A DNA stretch of 64,000 nucleotides from a virus (Duplodnaviria; Caudoviricetes): the IMG/VR virus record IMGVR_UViG_3300049919_000118, positions 1,262-65,261 of that record; one strand, written 5' to 3'. How positions within the stretch are numbered: the first letter of the stretch is position 1; every line of letters begins with the position of its first letter. The translations under genes and the position numbers were made by a program. Shown here in pieces: positions 9,214 through 16,835 of this stretch. The notes under the pieces were generated by a model. That model was not told where the DNA came from. It saw nothing but the letters and a program-made list of their open reading frames with translations, and made no database searches.

Positions 9214-9390
9214 TGGTTCAAGGGCTTGCCCTTGACGGATAACGATAAACAGTTAAACATAATCACATGAAGAAACATTAACATGAGAAACGAGGCGTGC
9301 ATAGTAACGCCTACAATCTATCCGCTGACACACCGGTTAAAGTGTGTCACCACATTTGCCACCGTAAGTGGCTCAACAATAACAAACAAA

Positions 9391-9840
9391 ATGACAGCAA
9401 CAGTATTAAAAAGAAACGGTGATAAGATTCAAGTTGAACTACCATACTCATCATGGGAGGGTCATGAGCCATACGCAGCAGGCGTATTCATAAAATCAAT
9501 ATACATAGGAAAGATTGCAAAGAGGTGTATCATAAGGCTGTATTCCACATGGGGTAATGGTAAGGGTGAATGCAAAGGTGAATACTACTCTCTCATAGAA
9601 AGCCAGCATGAGCTTGAGGGACTTGCTAAGAACTTCCCTAAGGTTGGCTGGCAGATGGAAAAGCTTGGCATGATTAGAACCCGTGAACAGACGGCTAGAG
9701 ACAATGCCCTTCAAGACTTAAAGCTTGAGGCTGCAACGGGAGGATCGAACCTCAGCGTCATAGTGTGCGAGTTCCTTACAGCCATAGGTCACGCCGATGT
9801 TGCCAACCTATACGCAGATTGCCTGCTGAATCATAAATAA
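9391..9840 (+). CDS. Hypothetical protein
   Basis: ATG after A-rich leader aacaaacaaa. Confidence 0.7.
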   Translation: MTATVLKRNGDKIQVELPYSSWEGHEPYAAGVFIKSIYIGKIAKRCIIRLYSTWGNGKGECKGEYYSLIESQHELEGLAKNFPKVGWQMEKLGMIRTREQTARDNALQDLKLEAATGGSNLSVIVCEFLTAIGHADVANLYADCLLNHK

Positions 9841-9935
9841 TATTATTTAATTCCAAACCGCCAAACGACTATGGAAACTTCGACACACGCCGCCCCGCCC
9901 GCTGTGGTGATCGTCTTTTTCGACATCTTACTATT

Positions 9936-10262
9936 ATGATAACCACAGGAGATAAAGTAACACCGATCAAAGCCACTTGGATGAGGCTTATGGGGGGCGA
10001 GCCCACCGATCATGCAGTCAACCACCCGGATGGATCGCCCCAGCTTGGACACGTTTACTTGGTTACAGGCACCGCGCACCCAAGCGGCGGCGAGCCGGGG
10101 ATATTCTTGGCCGGGTGCCGGAGTATAGGGACACGAGGTCAAGAAATCTCGTTTGTAGCCAGAGCGTTTCGCAAAGTGGTGCCTCGCACCGAGCGAATCA
10201 AGAAGAGCTTAGGGATTCCCCTGTCGAACACTGAGCCCATCCGCGCAGGAAAAAATCTATGA
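9936..10262 (+). CDS. Cassette ORF, hypothetical
   Basis: Lies between a degenerate R box (TTTcgac 9918) and gtcgAAC 10223-10229. Confidence 0.7.
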   Translation: MITTGDKVTPIKATWMRLMGGEPTDHAVNHPDGSPQLGHVYLVTGTAHPSGGEPGIFLAGCRSIGTRGQEISFVARAFRKVVPRTERIKKSLGIPLSNTEPIRAGKNL

Positions 10263-10323
10263 AACCAAACAACATCGAGAACACACAGGCTGGCAGCGAT
10301 TGCTCAGGAGTGTCTTGTTGTGC
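10223..10323 (-). other. attC site (chimeric arms) containing ATG 10259
   Basis: gtcgAAC...gagtgtcttGTTgtgc; GTTgtgc is complementary to the next gcacAAC (10543-10549). Confidence 0.7.
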
Positions 10324-10606
10324 CTCTTCTAGGCCGCGACTCCGTTGCACCGAAAAATGGTCGAATGGCTTCTACATCACCTACAAAGGGCATCGAGCCG
10401 TCATCGAGAGAGACAGCGATAAATCTCCATGGGCGTTCCTCGTGATGGCTCCCGACGGAGGTATACTTGCAGATGGATACACTAAGCGTCCGATGTCGAT
10501 GCAGGAAGCTATCATCCACGCGCTGACCAGTGCATGTCTCTTGCACAACGCCAATGTGAAGGCATCCGTCCCGATGACGCGCTCCGATACTCTCAAACAT
10601 CAATAA
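10259..10606 (+). CDS. Cassette ORF, hypothetical; N-terminus encoded by attC
   Basis: Starts inside attC; C-terminus NANVKAS reads through the next attC half-site. Confidence 0.7.
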   Translation: MKPNNIENTQAGSDCSGVSCCASSRPRLRCTEKWSNGFYITYKGHRAVIERDSDKSPWAFLVMAPDGGILADGYTKRPMSMQEAIIHALTSACLLHNANVKASVPMTRSDTLKHQ

Positions 10607-10611
10607 TCACC

Positions 10612-10821
10612 ATGGAAACCGACGAACAAAAAATACACTACGCGCTCAATCTTTGGGCGAACTACATTGAAACCGGAAATATCGTGCTTTGTGCGCTAGA
10701 TGCACAAAGGCAGGGAGAAAAGGTGAGAGTGTTGAGCGTCTCGCAAATGAAGATGGTCATCCGGCTGCGGGAGCTAGCGCAGATGGCGGCGACCGGTAAA
10801 ATCTCCGTGCAGAACGTCTAG
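10612..10821 (+). CDS. Cassette ORF, hypothetical
   Basis: METDEQK..; ends AAC-GTC-TAG in the next attC. Confidence 0.7.
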   Translation: METDEQKIHYALNLWANYIETGNIVLCALDAQRQGEKVRVLSVSQMKMVIRLRELAQMAATGKISVQNV

Positions 10822-10878
10822 CTATGGCATCCTCAAACTCACCGGCTGTATCCGGTTGGGTCTAGCGCCTTGTTCGCT
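10809..10878 (-). other. attC site (chimeric)
   Basis: gcagAACgtctagctatgg..ggtctagcgccttGTTcgct; GTTcgct matches agcgAAC 11282-11288. Confidence 0.75.
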
Positions 10879-10943
10879 TTCTTAATTTTCTTTGGGCGCA
10901 ACCTGCCCTTGAGTGGTTGCTGGCCGGTGGCCGTTAAAAAAAT

Positions 10944-11294
10944 ATGAATACGATTACGATACCATGCAAAACAGGGGAAATCTCTGACGGCTACCATACA
11001 TTTGACGAACTTTACGACCACCGATGCACGCTATTCCTCGCACTCATGAAATCGCATCCTGAGATGTCATGGATTAGCACAACACACCACGATGGAAGTG
11101 AATGGGAGGGATGGTTTATAGCCGGAATGCGTCTTCCCACGAAAGATGTGACATACCACCTGCCATCCGAAATGTGGGTATCTGCATTGGCAACTGGAGC
11201 AGACGTGTTGGCATGTGGGTTAGAGTGGGATGGTCACACATCAGCGGATGTGGTGCAGCGCATTAAAGCCTGGGTATCCCAAGCGAACGTCTAG
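10944..11294 (+). CDS. WDGH-motif phage protein (cassette)
   Basis: SDGYHTFDELYDHR, WFIAG, TYHLP and EWDGHT motifs. Confidence 0.8.
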   Translation: MNTITIPCKTGEISDGYHTFDELYDHRCTLFLALMKSHPEMSWISTTHHDGSEWEGWFIAGMRLPTKDVTYHLPSEMWVSALATGADVLACGLEWDGHTSADVVQRIKAWVSQANV

Positions 11295-11410
11295 CTCTGG
11301 CATCCCAACCAAATACGACCATGACACACTCATACGATAATCCAGAGCCGGAAACCGCACCCCAAGAAGAGACTAGCGGGACTCTGTTGAAGCCCACCGC
11401 CCTGTTAGCG
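11282..11410 (-). other. attC site containing ATG 11321
   Basis: agcgAACgtctagctctgg...cgccctGTTagcg. Confidence 0.6.
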
Positions 11411-11563
11411 ATTTTGAAGAAGTATCGCTGCCAGCACACATGCGAAAAGGGCGGAGCCGGCTCCCGCCTGGTGGACGTTTTAACGCCGCCAGATGAGGAA
11501 AACATCAGTCTCGGGGAGGATGAGCTTTATCTGCTTGCCGACTTCATCGCTGGAGAAATGTGA
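11321..11563 (+). CDS. Cassette ORF, hypothetical
   Basis: N-terminus MTHSYDNPEPE is shared with ORF 14230. Confidence 0.65.
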   Translation: MTHSYDNPEPETAPQEETSGTLLKPTALLAILKKYRCQHTCEKGGAGSRLVDVLTPPDEENISLGEDELYLLADFIAGEM

Positions 11564-11641
11564 AGGTTTACGCTCATTCTATGGTGTAAACCTTCACGAT
11601 AAAAAATAATATTATTCCTCACATCGAGAAACAACAAAATG
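11558..11641 (+). repeat. 84-bp direct repeat, copy 1 (hairpin + TAATATTA + translation start)
   Basis: Identical to 14584-14667: atgtgaaggtttac..gtaaaccttcacgataaaaaataatattattcctcacatcgagaaacaacaaaatg. Confidence 0.9.
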
Positions 11642-11995
11642 GAAACAAATACAAATACCAAGGCGGCGGAAACCGTCCAAACTACGAGCAATCCGGCGGT
11701 TGCTCAGGAGCGCCTTGTTCGTCGTTCTTCGACGGCGTGCAAACATGGAGATTACGGATGCGGGCAATACTACGACTGCGGGAAATGCGCCCGTGAGAAG
11801 CGAGCCGCAGCCTACAAGCGACTCACGCCGAAACAGAAAGCGTATGATCGCATGATTGATCCGCTCGGAGCTTATCACACGGACTTCCCGCAAGGATGCT
11901 CCTGCCACATCTGCGCCCCGTGCTCCTTCTGCGTCTTGATGACCGAAGAAGAGCCCGACGCCTACGCGAAGTCTTTTTCTTCGACGAACGCCTAG
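11639..11995 (+). CDS. Cys-rich cassette ORF (GCSCHICAPCSFC motif)
   Basis: N-terminus runs through an attC half-site (GTTcgtcg 11717) that matches cgacgAAC 11982-11989. Confidence 0.75.
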   Translation: METNTNTKAAETVQTTSNPAVAQERLVRRSSTACKHGDYGCGQYYDCGKCAREKRAAAYKRLTPKQKAYDRMIDPLGAYHTDFPQGCSCHICAPCSFCVLMTEEEPDAYAKSFSSTNA

Positions 11996-12112
11996 CTCTG
12001 GCACCGCCGGAGACGGCACGAAAAATCATGAAACTACAATCAAATACCAAGGCGGCGGAAACCGTCCAAACTACGAGCAATCCGGCGGTTGCTCAGGAGC
12101 GTCTTGTTAGGC
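11983..12112 (-). other. Intact attC site containing ATG 12028
   Basis: Arms gctctggcaccgccgga / tccggcggttgctcaggagc pair with three extrahelical bases; 5-nt spacers to AAC and GTT. Confidence 0.88.
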
Positions 12113-12279
12113 GTCTTCGGGATTATCACCGGCAGCTCGACACTCACCAGAAAAAAAGAGAAGCGGGGATGCTGATCCTTGAAGCTGCTGATGAGATCGA
12201 CCGCTTGGAATCCGCCGACCCACAACTCTACAACACCAAAAAACTTTATGAAACCAGAAAACTTGAACGAAGAAAGTGA
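12028..12279 (+). CDS. Cassette ORF, hypothetical
   Basis: MKLQSNTKAAETVQTTSNPAVAQERLVRR, same attC-encoded leader as ORF 11639. Confidence 0.7.
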   Translation: MKLQSNTKAAETVQTTSNPAVAQERLVRRLRDYHRQLDTHQKKREAGMLILEAADEIDRLESADPQLYNTKKLYETRKLERRK

Positions 12280-12310
12280 AGGCGGATTGTCCATCCGCGG
12301 TTTGTTGGGC
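12195..12310 (-). other. Degenerate attC (AAC box lost) containing ATG 12248
   Basis: tggaatccgcc / ggcggattgtcca stem; ends tttGTTgggc. Confidence 0.55.
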
Positions 12311-12460
12311 GATCTTGATTCCGAGGTCGAGCAAGCACGCGAAAGGCAAAAAAGCATCATCCGAGAAATCGAAATCAACCAAGCGAGGCAGCAAGTCGTC
12401 GGGGAATACCGAGTCAAATTCATGGACTTGCGGGACAAGCTCCGAGCTAAAGTCTCTTAG
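12248..12460 (+). CDS. Cassette ORF, coiled-coil hypothetical
   Basis: MKPENLNEE.. Confidence 0.7.
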   Translation: MKPENLNEESEGGLSIRGLLGDLDSEVEQARERQKSIIREIEINQARQQVVGEYRVKFMDLRDKLRAKVS

Positions 12461-12589
12461 GCTAACGCCTAGCTCATCCGTGGAAGGAAATAATCATCAA
12501 AACTTTATGTCACAAGAAAACGAAATCGAAGCAGAAAAACTCAGCCCAACAATAGACTTCCTTCCATCGGATGAGACGCCTTGTTGTGT
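12460..12589 (-). other. attC site containing ATG 12507
   Basis: ggctAAC..ctcatccgtggaaggaa / ttccttccatcggatgag..cttGTTgtgt. Confidence 0.82.
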
Positions 12590-12827
12590 CTCCCGATTCT
12601 TTCGGATGCAACTCGTCAAGTTCCCGATCGGGGGTGGGGCATACCAGCAATGCACGTTCATCGGTGTGGATTCTCACGGCGTGGCTACCGTCAAAACGCA
12701 GGGCGGCAGATACCGCACGGTGTGGGACTGCAATTTGTATTCTGTGCATAACGCCAATGTGGACCTGCCGGATACAGCCGCGCAGGACTCCGCTTCAAAA
12801 TCAAACTCACCGGCTGTATCCGGTTAG
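12507..12827 (+). CDS. Cassette ORF, small SH3-like hypothetical; C-terminus encoded by attC
   Basis: Ends NANVDLPDTAAQDSASKSNSPAVSG. Confidence 0.65.
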   Translation: MSQENEIEAEKLSPTIDFLPSDETPCCVSRFFRMQLVKFPIGGGAYQQCTFIGVDSHGVATVKTQGGRYRTVWDCNLYSVHNANVDLPDTAAQDSASKSNSPAVSG

Positions 12828-12846
12828 GTCTCACGACTTGTTAGCC
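12746..12846 (-). other. Intact attC site
   Basis: gtggacctgccggatacagccg / cggctgtatccggttaggtctcac with bulges; GTTagcc matches the next ggctAAC. Confidence 0.88.
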
Positions 12847-12857
12847 TCTTTGAAATT

Positions 12858-13238
12858 ATGAACGACCTTGAATGCCCATACTGTGATGCCCCAAACGAAG
12901 TCTGCCACGACGATGGCCAAGGCTACGAAGAGGGGAAAGCCCATGAAATGACCTGCGGCGACTGCGGGAAAAACTTCGTCTTCCAAACGTCGATCAGCTT
13001 CTACTACTCACCCGAAAAAGCGGACTGCCTGAATGGCTCGCCGCACCGATTCGGGGAATGGCGGAAGCTGTGGCTCAACGCCAAGATGGAGGAAATTCAG
13101 GATCGCCGCTGCAAGGACTGCGACCACACCGAGCGCCGGACGGTTCCAAATTCTCGGGCTAACGCCAATGTGGACCTGCCGGATACAGCCGTGCATGACT
13201 CTGATTCAAAACCAAACAATCCGGCTGTATCCGGTTAG
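12858..13238 (+). CDS. Zinc-ribbon cassette protein
   Basis: CPYC, CGDC and CKDC motifs. Confidence 0.8.
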   Translation: MNDLECPYCDAPNEVCHDDGQGYEEGKAHEMTCGDCGKNFVFQTSISFYYSPEKADCLNGSPHRFGEWRKLWLNAKMEEIQDRRCKDCDHTERRTVPNSRANANVDLPDTAVHDSDSKPNNPAVSG

Positions 13239-13257
13239 GTCTCACGACTTGCTCATC
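13157..13257 (-). other. attC site (GTT mutated to GCT), near-copy of the 12746 site
   Basis: Same arms as 12746-12846. Confidence 0.8.
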
Positions 13258-13262
13258 CTATT

Positions 13263-13604
13263 ATGAATTACCAAAAGACAGCGAAAAAAATGGAAACCGA
13301 AACTATCGACCGTCTATTCCTGGAACTCTCACAAGTCACCCAGGCTACCACCGAAAAAGAAATCCGACTCAAGGAGCAAAATCAAATGCTATCAAAGCAC
13401 GTCGTCAGCCTAACGAAAGAAAGGGAAGACCTCCTAGACCTGCTGACATCTGCCAGAGCTATCGCAATCCGTCACGGGGAAGATACTGCGTGGGAGCACT
13501 TCGGCGAACGCTTGAGGCTTGCTGGCGCTGGTTCTGTGACGCCAAAGACGTTCCGAGTTCTGCCGAACGACGCAGAAAACAGCTTGGATTCACAGAACGC
13601 CTAG
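13263..13604 (+). CDS. Cassette ORF, hypothetical
   Basis: TIDRLFLELSQVT motif; ends AAC-GCC-TAG. Confidence 0.75.
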   Translation: MNYQKTAKKMETETIDRLFLELSQVTQATTEKEIRLKEQNQMLSKHVVSLTKEREDLLDLLTSARAIAIRHGEDTAWEHFGERLRLAGAGSVTPKTFRVLPNDAENSLDSQNA

Positions 13605-13650
13605 CTGATCCACGGCGCTTGTCGCCGTGGGGTCTAGCGCCTTATTCTGA
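13592..13650 (-). other. Short attC site (GTT mutated to ATT)
   Basis: gctgatccacggcg-cttgt-cgccgtggggtctagc; ATTctga matches the next tcagAAC. Confidence 0.8.
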
Positions 13651-13655
13651 CTCTT

Positions 13656-13976
13656 ATGACACACTCCGAAAAACTAAAACGAATCGAAACACTCATGGCT
13701 TCGCCGGATGTGATCGAACTGGATGCAATCTTCGCCGAGGTGGAAGCCTTTGAAAAGTTGGCATACCCGATCCCACTGCCCACCATCCCAGAAGCGATGA
13801 AGTCCCGCCGCGAGCAAATGGGGGAGAATCAACGCGAAATCTCGATGCGGGCAGGCATGTCGCTGAACCGATGGAAACACCTCGAAAGCGGCAAGAACGA
13901 ACCATCCATCGCTGACGCTAGAAAGCTCTACTCAGTCGGAATCTCCGCCTATGTAATTCTTGGTCAGAACGCCTAG
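13656..13976 (+). CDS. HigA-like XRE HTH protein (orphan antitoxin-like) in a cassette
   Basis: ELDAIFAEVEAFEKLAYPIPLPTIPEAMKSRREQMG followed by an HTH. Confidence 0.75.
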   Translation: MTHSEKLKRIETLMASPDVIELDAIFAEVEAFEKLAYPIPLPTIPEAMKSRREQMGENQREISMRAGMSLNRWKHLESGKNEPSIADARKLYSVGISAYVILGQNA

Positions 13977-14009
13977 CTATGGAATCCACACCACTTACCA
14001 AATACGACC

Positions 14010-14189
14010 ATGAACCAAGACACACTACAGCAAATCGCCCAAGTAGATGAAAAACTGACGATCCTCCGCGAAAGCTGGATGGACTCCAAGACCGAGAAGA
14101 GATCGACGTGGATGGCCAAGATCGACGACGCGCTCGATGAGCGCTCAAAGATGATGAAAATCCGCGACGGGAAACCTGCCTCTGCATAA
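14010..14189 (+). CDS. Cassette ORF, 59 aa (below the ORF-track cutoff)
   Basis: MNQDTLQQIAQVDEKL..; stop TAA overlaps the next AAC box. Confidence 0.65.
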   Translation: MNQDTLQQIAQVDEKLTILRESWMDSKTEKRSTWMAKIDDALDERSKMMKIRDGKPASA

Positions 14190-14314
14190 CGTCTAGCGAT
14201 GGCATCGCTGCCACTTACCACATACAACTATGCCACACTCATACGATAATCCGGAGCCGGAAGCCGAACCTCAACAGGAGACTGGTGGGGATTGCCAGAC
14301 ACGACCTGTGCGAC
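14184..14314 (-). other. Degenerate attC (GTT mutated to GTG) containing ATG 14230
   Basis: gcatAACgtctagcgatggcatc..gattgccagacacgacctGTGcgac. Confidence 0.6.
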
Positions 14315-14520
14315 TCTTCCGCAATGATAACGAATTCGAGGGCGGTCAATACACCGCGGAAGGAATCGAGCTGAATCTCCCATGTGGGAAACTCCGCATC
14401 GGCAGAATGATCATGCTGCCACCGACTAAGCTGCCGTCCATCGCCTACATCGGGCGGCGGAACACATGGACATGGACAATCCGCGTGTGGACAGTGGCCA
14501 TTTCATTTAAGCCGAACTGA
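14230..14520 (+). CDS. Cassette ORF, hypothetical
   Basis: Ends gccgAAC-TGA. Confidence 0.65.
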   Translation: MPHSYDNPEPEAEPQQETGGDCQTRPVRLFRNDNEFEGGQYTAEGIELNLPCGKLRIGRMIMLPPTKLPSIAYIGRRNTWTWTIRVWTVAISFKPN

Positions 14521-14583
14521 CAACTGGATCGACGCCTACCACTGGACGCCGGATTCTGAGGCTAGCTAGTGGATGGCCTACAC

Positions 14584-14667
14584 ATGTGAAGGTTTACGCT
14601 CATTCTATGGTGTAAACCTTCACGATAAAAAATAATATTATTCCTCACATCGAGAAACAACAAAATG
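14584..14667 (+). repeat. 84-bp direct repeat, copy 2
   Basis: Identical to 11558-11641. Confidence 0.9.
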
Positions 14668-15150
14668 AATATAAAAACAGCAAAGAGAAACAGGCATAGC
14701 ACATACAGGTTCATCGTAACCAGTGTTGTGTCCGAGGGATCTGGGAACTACAAAAACAATATGACTGTCGATACACCGGAAGCCGTTGTCGATTTCTGGA
14801 ACAAGGAAATAAAAAGCCAGCCGTCGTTCGAGAACGACAAGGAGAACCTAGTCGTGGTTCTACTCAATGCTAGGCTCAGAGCTTTTGCTTGGAACATTGT
14901 TTCAATCGGAGCTTTGTCGGAAACGACTGCTCATCCGAGAGAGATCCTTAGGCCTTGCATAGCTGGTGCCGCTCACTCATTCGTGTTGATTCACAACCAT
15001 CCGTCTGGATTCCCTGAGCCAAGCTGGGCTGACGAGCTTCTGACCAAGAGAATTAAGGAGGCATCTGAACTAATGCAGATAAAAATCGTAGATCATATCA
15101 TCATTGGTAACGATTCACACTATTCATTCAGAGAGTCAGGATTGCTATGA
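14665..15150 (+). CDS. radC: RadC-like JAB domain protein
   Basis: HPREI, HNHPSG..PS.AD, DHIIIG and YSFRESGLL motifs. Confidence 0.9.
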   Translation: MNIKTAKRNRHSTYRFIVTSVVSEGSGNYKNNMTVDTPEAVVDFWNKEIKSQPSFENDKENLVVVLLNARLRAFAWNIVSIGALSETTAHPREILRPCIAGAAHSFVLIHNHPSGFPEPSWADELLTKRIKEASELMQIKIVDHIIIGNDSHYSFRESGLL

Positions 15151-16526
15151 AGGAAATAAACTTGTTTGGCTTTCAGGGAGAATTCAAGGAGCGTATAGCA
15201 ACAGCCATGCGTAAGCATAAGCGCGTCCTTGGCGTAGCAGCCACGGGTTTTGGTAAGGGCGTGGTCATTGCTGACATAGCGAAGAGCGCGATTATCAAAG
15301 GGTCGGTGACATGTATTGCAGTTCACAGGATCGAGATCTTCAAACAAGTCTTCAACAACTTGGTCTCTTATGGTATAACTCCAAGCCTCATAGCGGCGGG
15401 ATCAAAGATTTCACCCGGCTCCAAGTGCTATCTCGCTATGGTTGACACTCTCAACTCTAGGATAAAAAAGGGAATGATAGAGATGCTTAATATTAATTTC
15501 TTTATCATGGATGAGGCGCACTATGCATCTCACTTCAAAGTTATAAATGGAGTTGACTGCTTTGTTCTTGGCCTTACCGCCTCACCCAAGAGCACTGGAA
15601 ATCCAGAGCTTAACAAATACTTTGGCGTCATGGTGGAAGGTAAGCCAGTCAAAGAGCTGATACAGATTGGAAGGCTTGTGAGGGCTAGAACTTTCAGTGT
15701 GGACTGGGACTTCTCAAAAGTTAAACTCAACTCCAAAGGAACTGAGTTTGATGAGAAGTCTCTCAAGGAAGAATTCCAAAAGCCAATGCTTTGGGATGGT
15801 GCCGTGAACTCATACCTCAAGCACGCCAATGGATTACAAGCGTTGTGCTTCTCAGCCAATATAGAGAGATCTCTTTCAGTGACGGAGCAATTCAATACGC
15901 ATGGAATAAAGGCGGCTCATGTTAATGGCTCAACAAAGGAATCAGAAAGGGATGCGATCTTTGATAGGTATAGGCGCGGTGACGTACAGGTGATATGCAA
16001 TGTCGGCATCGCGACAACGGGGACTGATTTGCCTAATACGAAGTGTGTGATACTAGACCTAGCAACAATGTCCATCGTCAAGTATGTCCAAATGGTTGGT
16101 CGTGGAGCTAGGTGCGCGCCTGACAAAGACCACTTCATCGTCATAGATATGGGGAGAAATTACTCTAGGTTTGGGGAGTTCGGGGACTATATAGATTGGA
16201 AGGCAATCTTTGATAAGCCGTCCCTTGCTGCTGTTAAAAGAGAGAAAAGAAACAAGAGGGAGTGCAGTAATTGCGGGGTTGTGATGGAGTTCCATACCTC
16301 GAAATGTCCATACTGCGATCATGAAACAGCAAGGGCGAAGCTTGACAGTATGGCTGAAAAGCAAATGACAGCTGAAGAGCTTATGAATTACAGGCATAAG
16401 ATGCTGCCTGACAGGCTGAAAGTTCCAATCTCAAGCATGAGTTACAGTATGCTAAGGGAATACGCCGCTGCCGTTGGTCATAACTACCGATGGGCAAACA
16501 TCGTCCATGCAAAAAGAAGGCATTGA
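15147..16526 (+). CDS. SF2 DEAH helicase with C-terminal Zn finger (RadD/YejH-like)
   Basis: ATGFGKG, DEAH, LTASP, QMVGRGAR and CSNC..CPYC motifs. Confidence 0.92.
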   Translation: MKEINLFGFQGEFKERIATAMRKHKRVLGVAATGFGKGVVIADIAKSAIIKGSVTCIAVHRIEIFKQVFNNLVSYGITPSLIAAGSKISPGSKCYLAMVDTLNSRIKKGMIEMLNINFFIMDEAHYASHFKVINGVDCFVLGLTASPKSTGNPELNKYFGVMVEGKPVKELIQIGRLVRARTFSVDWDFSKVKLNSKGTEFDEKSLKEEFQKPMLWDGAVNSYLKHANGLQALCFSANIERSLSVTEQFNTHGIKAAHVNGSTKESERDAIFDRYRRGDVQVICNVGIATTGTDLPNTKCVILDLATMSIVKYVQMVGRGARCAPDKDHFIVIDMGRNYSRFGEFGDYIDWKAIFDKPSLAAVKREKRNKRECSNCGVVMEFHTSKCPYCDHETARAKLDSMAEKQMTAEELMNYRHKMLPDRLKVPISSMSYSMLREYAAAVGHNYRWANIVHAKRRH

Positions 16527-16555
16527 CCAAATCAAACCAAGGAATATCATAAGTT

Positions 16556-16774
16556 ATGATAACAATCCAACCGACTGACATAGTTAATTCATTCGCTTCG
16601 CCAGTCCTATTCAATAGGACTGGTAATATCAGGGATAAGATTTCCCAATGCTCAAGAGAAGAGCTTCTCGATTACTCAATCTATCTTGTTTGCCACCTTG
16701 AGAAGTATCAAGCTTACTCGGAGAGGACAAACAGAGATCTTGAAGACATCTTAGGATGGAACGAGAAGTTGTGA
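16556..16774 (+). CDS. Hypothetical protein
   Basis: 72-aa ORF just after TTGACC-16nt-TATCAT. Confidence 0.6.
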   Translation: MITIQPTDIVNSFASPVLFNRTGNIRDKISQCSREELLDYSIYLVCHLEKYQAYSERTNRDLEDILGWNEKL

Positions 16775-16835
16775 ACATGGATAGGCGAAAATAATATTAA
16801 CCATAAAAGGGCGTGAACCTTCACCCCCAAATAAA

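Larger units (their letters stand above)
9871..14517 (-). mobile_element. Integron gene-cassette array without integrase (CALIN-like); attC top strand = - strand, ORFs on + strand
   Basis: About 13 AAC..GTT-bounded hairpins or half sites between small ORFs, with extrahelical bases and cassette-matched R boxes. Confidence 0.85.

Noticed and set aside
11896-12506. Long upstream starts given in the track for ORFs 11896, 12179 and 12276
   Set aside because: They overlap the preceding genes; in-loop ATGs at 12028, 12248 and 12507 fit the shared pattern better
9871-14517. CRISPR array or simple REP repeats as an explanation for the interspersed repeats
   Set aside because: Repeats vary in length and sequence, the spacers are whole ORFs, and the extrahelical bases and matched R boxes fit attC
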